NCBI GenBank assembly: GCA_950097015.1
Contig: CATNEN010000024.1
Location: forward strand, 2,666,001-2,730,000
Reading direction: 5' to 3'
DNA from: Macrostomum hystrix
Lineage: Eukaryota; Animalia; Platyhelminthes
DNA length: 64,000 bases
Both the position numbers and the translations under genes were made by a program. Positions 58,811-64,000 of this stretch are shown here, one piece after another. The number at the start of each line of letters is the position of its first letter. Positions within the stretch are counted from its first letter, which is position 1. Under the pieces are notes generated by a model. That model had not been told where the DNA came from. It searched no databases and was given only the letters and a program-made list of their open reading frames with translations.

Positions 58811-61800
58811 ATGGCTGCCAGCTTCACTGCACCAAGACCAATCTCAGTTGGTCAGAATGTATTCGTCCTATTTGATTATGCAGGCAAATGTGTTGAGGAT
58901 TTGCCAATTAAAGAAGGAGAAGATCTGACTGTTGTGGAATGCCTGCAGGTCAGTGCAATAATTTTTGTTGATCATATTACAAAATGATTTTTTCAAGTTA
59001 CCTTCTATGCCCAGTAGCCCAGTAACAGTTTTATCACCTCTTAATTGGCAGGATCCCAACTGGATAGTGGCAGAGAACAGTCGCCGCCAGAAGGGCCTAG
59101 TACCAGAGAACTACATTGCGCTAGGCAATGCAGAGAATCTATCCGCTTATCCTTGGTTTCATGGCTCTATTAGCCGGGCCGAGACTGACAAACGCCTGGC
59201 ACCGCGCAGCATTAACGGCTTATTCCTGGTCCGCCTGAGCTCTAATCATCCTGGAGATCTCACTCTGTGCGTTGTACTCAATGGCCAGGTAAATGGAGTA
59301 TGTATACAACTTTTACTATTTCTAATCATGTATGTTCAATTTGGATGCTGTTGTAGTATATGTTGATGCTTGCCAGCAGACAGCTAGATTTTAAAGTTTG
59401 TAATATACTTTCGGTGAAGATGGCTTAAAACCTTTGGCAGATATATAAAATAGCAGTTCAAGTAGCAACCAATCAGCAGGCATGAATCGGGTAAAGAGAT
59501 TCAGCCAATCGTACGACAGGGTGGGGTTAGAGAGATCCAGCCAATCGTAAGACAGGGTGGGGTTAGAGAGATCCAGCCAATCGTAAGACAGGTTGGGGTT
59601 AGCGAGATCCAGCCAATCGTAAGACAGGGTGGGGTTAGAGAGATCCAGCCAATCGTAAGACAGGGTGGGGTTAGAGAGATCCAGCCAATCGTAAGACAGG
59701 TTGAGGTTAGCGAGATCCAGCCAATCGTATGACAGGGTGGGGTTAGAGAGATTTAGCCAATCGTAAGACAGGGTCGGGTTAGAGATGTCTAGCCAATCGT
59801 AAGACAGGGTGCGGTTAGAGAGGTCTAGCCAATCGTAGCGGTCCCAGACAGGGTGGGGTTAGAGAGATCTAGCCAATCGTATGACAGGGTGGGGTTAGAG
59901 AGGTCTATCCAATCAAAGCGGTCCCAGACAGGGTGGGGTTAGAGAGATCCAGCCAATCGTAAGACAGGTTGAGGTTAGCGAGATCCATCCAATCGTATGA
60001 CAGGGTGGGGTTAGAGAGATTTAGCCAATCGTAGGACGGGGTGGGGTTATAGAGATCTAGCCCATTGCAAGACAGGGTGGGGTTAGAGAGATCTAGCCCA
60101 TTGCAAGACAGGGTGGGGTTAGAGAGATCTAGCCAATCGTAGGACAGGGTGGGGTTAGAGAGATCTAGCCAATCGTAGGACAGGGTGGGGTTAGAGAGAT
60201 CTAGCCAATCGTAGGACAGGGTGGGGTTATAGAGATCTAGCCCATTGCAAGACAGGGTGGGGTTAGAGAGACCTACCCAAGCATAAGACCAGCAGCATTA
60301 GAAAGATTCGCTATAATCGTGCATCGCCTAAAATTTACTTTGAATCTTAATATTGCAGGTGAGCCATTATCACGTTAAAAAGGTGACATTCAACTCGAGC
60401 ACCAGATACTACTACACTATTGACGAGGAGAGCAGGTTCTATCCGTTGGATCTGCTAATTCAGCACTATTGCGCCGATGCTGATGGACTCTGCTGTCAGT
60501 TAAGTAGAGGCGTTGAAGTGTCTCAGAATCATCCGGCTCACCCGCAGTCGCATCATCATCATCACCAGAATAACCAGCGCCAGCAGCAGCACCAGGCTGA
60601 GGATCTGCAACTATTCGAAGTGATTGGCCGGGGCGAATTCTCAGAGGTTCGCCGCGGAGCCTACAAAGGCGAACAGGTGGCAGTGAAGTGCATGATATCA
60701 ACTAGCGCATCGACTGCCGACTCTGCGGCACCTAATAATAGCGCCTCGCCTGCGTCTGTTAAACAGACTACTGAAGCTGAGAAGGCCAGCTTGAAGGAGG
60801 AGGCCGATCTGATGCGAACCCTGAGCCACCCGAATCTGGTTCGGTTTATTGAACTGCTGTGGCAGGACGGCCAGCCCATGCTAGTTACGGAGCTGCTTAG
60901 TAAGGGATCTCTGCTCAATTATTTGAGATCTCGCGGTCAGAGTGTCATCTCAGCCGCCAATCAATTGGATTTTGCACTGTAAGTAATGCGCGCAAAAAGC
61001 ATAATAAAAAAATTATAATTGACACTAGACCCAAGGGCCAGTGCAGGTATTGTGTGTCAAGCACACTAGCAGGTGGGGACTGCACACCTAATGTACTCTC
61101 TCGGACACCGGTTGACAGCCGCGTGTCAGCAATGGAATTTATTTTTCCAAACATATCGGCAGCATCCAAACCCCACAGAATTGCCGCACAGAACTGCTTT
61201 ATTCCACACCAGCCGGAGTTATTATTACCCGACGAAATGTCGGTACTCATTTGCAGCTGAGTATTCTGTGAGCACATCAGTCGGTACTCATTTGCAGCTG
61301 AGTAGACTGTGAGCACATCAGTCGGTACTCATTTGCAGCTGAGTAGACTGTGAGCACATCAGTCGGTACTCATTTGCAGCTGAGTAGACTGTGAGCACAT
61401 CAGTCGGTACTCATTTGCAGCTGAGTAGACTGTGAGCACATCAGTCGGTACTCATTTGCAGCTGAGTAGACTGTGAGCACATCAGTCGGTACTCATTTGC
61501 AGCTGAGTAGACTGTGAGCACATCAGTCGGTACTCATTTGCAGCTGAGTAGACTGTGAGCACATCAGTCGGTACTCATTTGCAGCTGAGTAGACTGTGAG
61601 CACATCAGTCGGTACTCATTTGCAGCTGAGTAGACTGTGAGCACATCAGTCGGTACTCATTTGCAGCTGAGTAGACTGTGAGCACATCAGTCGGTACTCA
61701 TTTGCAGCTGAGTAGACTGTGTGCACATCAGGGCAAAGCAGCTTGCCAAAGGCTAGACTAGCTCGGGAGTCGAACCCAGGACCATCTGATCCAGAGTCCG

Positions 61801-62474
61801 ACACCTTACTGACTGAGCTATCCGCCCTTATCAACATAATAATTTAAATGTAGTTAACAATAATAGCCGAAATCGTTACATTATGAAATTTTGTGAGCAG
61901 AAAAATTATGCCTCTTTTGGTGTTTTTTGCTACCAGACACCCCGACGAGAATCGTTGAATATCTGGACGATGCCGATGCTTTGTGATTCTGGAAGTTGTT
62001 TCATCGGATAGAGTGGAAAATTGTCGCTCGTGATCAGGATTGCCTGTGGCGATTGGTTGAATACCCCCCCAGTGGTCTTTCTACTGTTACCCGAGAAGAG
62101 GTCGGGAGTTCGAATCTCAGCCCAAGTGATACTTGTTGTGTCCTTGAGAAAGACACTCAATTAACCAGTGCCTAATTATACGTAATGGATGAAAGTATAC
62201 TTTCTGGTTAGAAAAGTCGAAAAATAAAGAAAATTGAACGAGCTTTAGTTCGCTAGTTGAGATTCGCTACAATCTTAGGCTTGTATGAAATAAAAGCATC
62301 ATTAAATAGCTAGCAAAATGTGTAACAAACTACCCGTTTCTGAAGAAACTATAACCACCTACACAATTATCCAGGGACATTGCTAAAGGCATGGCTTACC
62401 TGGCCGAGAGGCGCCTAGTGCACCGAGATTTAGCAGCCCGCAATATTCTATTGGACGACTCGTGCAAAGCCAAG
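58811..62474 (+). CDS. CSK: C-terminal Src kinase-like tyrosine kinase (SH3-SH2-kinase); 3' exons lie beyond the window
   Basis: Exons 58811-58948, 59052-59288, 60359-60978 and 62375-62474; phase-consistent. Motifs: [67 protein letters not shown]. No N-terminal myristoylation Gly, consistent with Csk rather than Src. Confidence 0.88.
59495..60275. repeat. 36-bp minisatellite, Csk intron 2
   Basis: Unit GTGGGGTTAGAGAGATCCAGCCAATCGTAAGACAGG. Confidence 0.93.
61020..61826 (-). mobile_element. tRNA-derived CORE-like SINE with an internal 41-bp segment amplified 12 times, Csk intron 3
   Basis: Reverse strand from 61826: TAGCTCAGTCAGTAAGGTGTCGGACTC...GGGTTCGACTCCC, then CCTTTGGCAAG, then CACAGTCTACTCAGCTGCAAATGAGTACCGAC. 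The array spans 61239-61730. The distal boundary near 61020 is uncertain. Confidence 0.75.
61239..61730. repeat. 41-bp minisatellite, 12 nearly identical copies
   Basis: GTCGGTACTCATTTGCAGCTGAGTAGACTGTGAGCACATCA starts every 41 bp from 61239 to 61690. Confidence 0.97.
62095..62170 (+). mobile_element. SINE family B fragment
   Basis: AGGTCGGGAGTTCGAATCTCAGCCC...GTGTCCTTGAGAAAGACACT. Confidence 0.6.
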
Positions 62475-62619
62475 GTAAGGTTATAAAAAACCAGAATATA
62501 TATTTTGAGTGCGATGACTATGTAATAATTTTATTATCGAAGGTTTTTTGTAAAAAAACCGACAACATTATGTTAAGAAAACTAGAAGTTTACCGTATTC
62601 AACGTGAAATTTTTAGCAC

Positions 62620-63990
62620 CGTTATTAACCTCAGATTGATCTATTGCAGTTCATAACCTCAGATCTATCTACTGCAGTTCATAACCTCAGATTTATCTAC
62701 TGCAGTTCATAACCTCAGATTGATCTACTGCAGTTCATAACCTCAGATTTATCTACTGCAGTTCATAACCTCAGATTTATCTACTGCAGTTCATAACCTC
62801 AGATTTATCTATTGCAGGTTCATAACCTCAGATTTATCTACTGCAGTTCATAACCTCAGATTGATCTACTGCAGTTTAAAACCTCAGATTTATCTACTGC
62901 AGTTCATAACCTCAGATTTATCTATTGCAGGTTCATAACCTCAGATCTATCTACTGCAGTTTAAAACCTCAGATTTATCTACTGCAGTTCATAACCTCAG
63001 ATCTATCTACTGCAGTTCATAACCTCAGATTTATCTACTGCAGTTCATAACCTCAGATTTATCTACTGCAGTTCATAACCTCAGATTTATCTATTGCAGT
63101 TCATAACCTCAGATCTATCTACTGCAGTTTAAAACCTCAGATTTATCTACTGCAGTTCATAACCTCAGATCTATCTACTGCAGTTCATAACCTCAGATTT
63201 ATCTACTGCAGTTCATAACCTCAGATTTATCTACTGCAGTTCATAACCTCAGATTTATCTACTGCAGTTCATAACCTCAGATTTATCTACTGCAGTTCAT
63301 AACCTCAGATTTATCTATTGCAGTTCATAACCTCAGATTTATCTACTGCAGTTCATAACCTCAGATTTATCTATTGCAGTTCATAACCTCAGATCTATCT
63401 ACTGCAGTTCAAAACCTCAGATTTATCTACTGCAGTTCATAACCTCAGATCTATCTACTGCAGTTCATAACCTCAGATTTATCTACTGCAGTTCATAACC
63501 TCAGATCTATCTACTGCAGTTTAAAACCTCAGATTTATCTACTGCAGTTCATAACCTCAGATCTATCTACTGCAGTTCATAACCTCAGATTTATCTACTG
63601 CAGTTCATAACCTCAGATTTATCTACTGCAGTTCATAACCTCAGATTTATCTACTGCAGTTCATAACCTCAGATTTATCTACTGCAGTTCATAACCTCAG
63701 ATTTATCTACTGCAGTTCATAACCTCAGATTTATCTACTGCAGTTCATAACCTCAGATTTATCTACTGCAGTTCATAACCTCAGATTTATCTACTGCAGT
63801 TCATAACCTCAGCTTTATCTACTGCAGTTCATAACCTCAGATCTATCTATTGCAGTTCATAACCTCAGATTTATCTACTGCAGTTCATAACCTCAGATTT
63901 ATCTACTGCAGTTCATAACCTCAGATCTGTCTACCCCACTTCATAATCTCAGAACTATCTACTGCAGTTCATAACCTCAGATCAATGAAA
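62620..63990. repeat. 28-bp minisatellite, Csk intron 4
   Basis: Unit CTACTGCAGTTCATAACCTCAGATTTAT. Confidence 0.96.
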
Positions 63991-64000
63991 CCTACCTCAG

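Noticed and set aside
4639-63990. Regularly spaced 28-45-bp repeats superficially resembling CRISPR arrays
   Set aside because: Units are head-to-tail with no unique spacers, there are no cas genes, and the context is eukaryotic.

Overview
Eukaryotic (metazoan) genomic DNA with spliced GT-AG genes. GC-rich exons with poly-Gln/Ala tracts and minisatellite-filled introns suggest a flatworm such as Macrostomum; this is inference only. I reconstructed seven multi-exon genes by hand with phase-consistent splice sites: a GSAP/pigeon-like gene (+), a Dmrt93B-type DM+DMA transcription factor (-), an SLC16/MCT transporter (+), an innexin (-), adenosine deaminase (-), MsrB (-) and a Csk-like kinase (+, runs off the right end). 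Mobile DNA comprises four classes. (1) A full-length 6.05-kb LOA/R1-group LINE (APE-RT-RNaseH-CCHC) inserted into an 11-bp satellite in ADA intron 1; it has an 8-bp TSD and its only visible lesion is one extra A. (2) A complete DD34D mariner with one nonsense codon. (3) Non-autonomous TIR elements: two sibling GG..CC MITEs with 8-bp TSDs, and a CAGTAG-ended family with one foldback copy carrying about 333-bp arms. (4) At least three tRNA-derived SINE families. About 30 distinct tandem arrays cover roughly 22 kb (about 35%), and 17 of 24 modelled introns carry one. The most interesting signals are the satellite-embedded LINE with a structured 5' end, a minisatellite amplified from inside a SINE, the intronic foldback hairpin, inverted arrays flanking a GSAP exon, and a TAGGCCTA cluster between the divergent MsrB and Csk genes. 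No prokaryotic system, CRISPR array, rRNA or intact tRNA was found. Repeat and SINE boundaries are approximate, and family assignments come from recalled motifs, not database searches.
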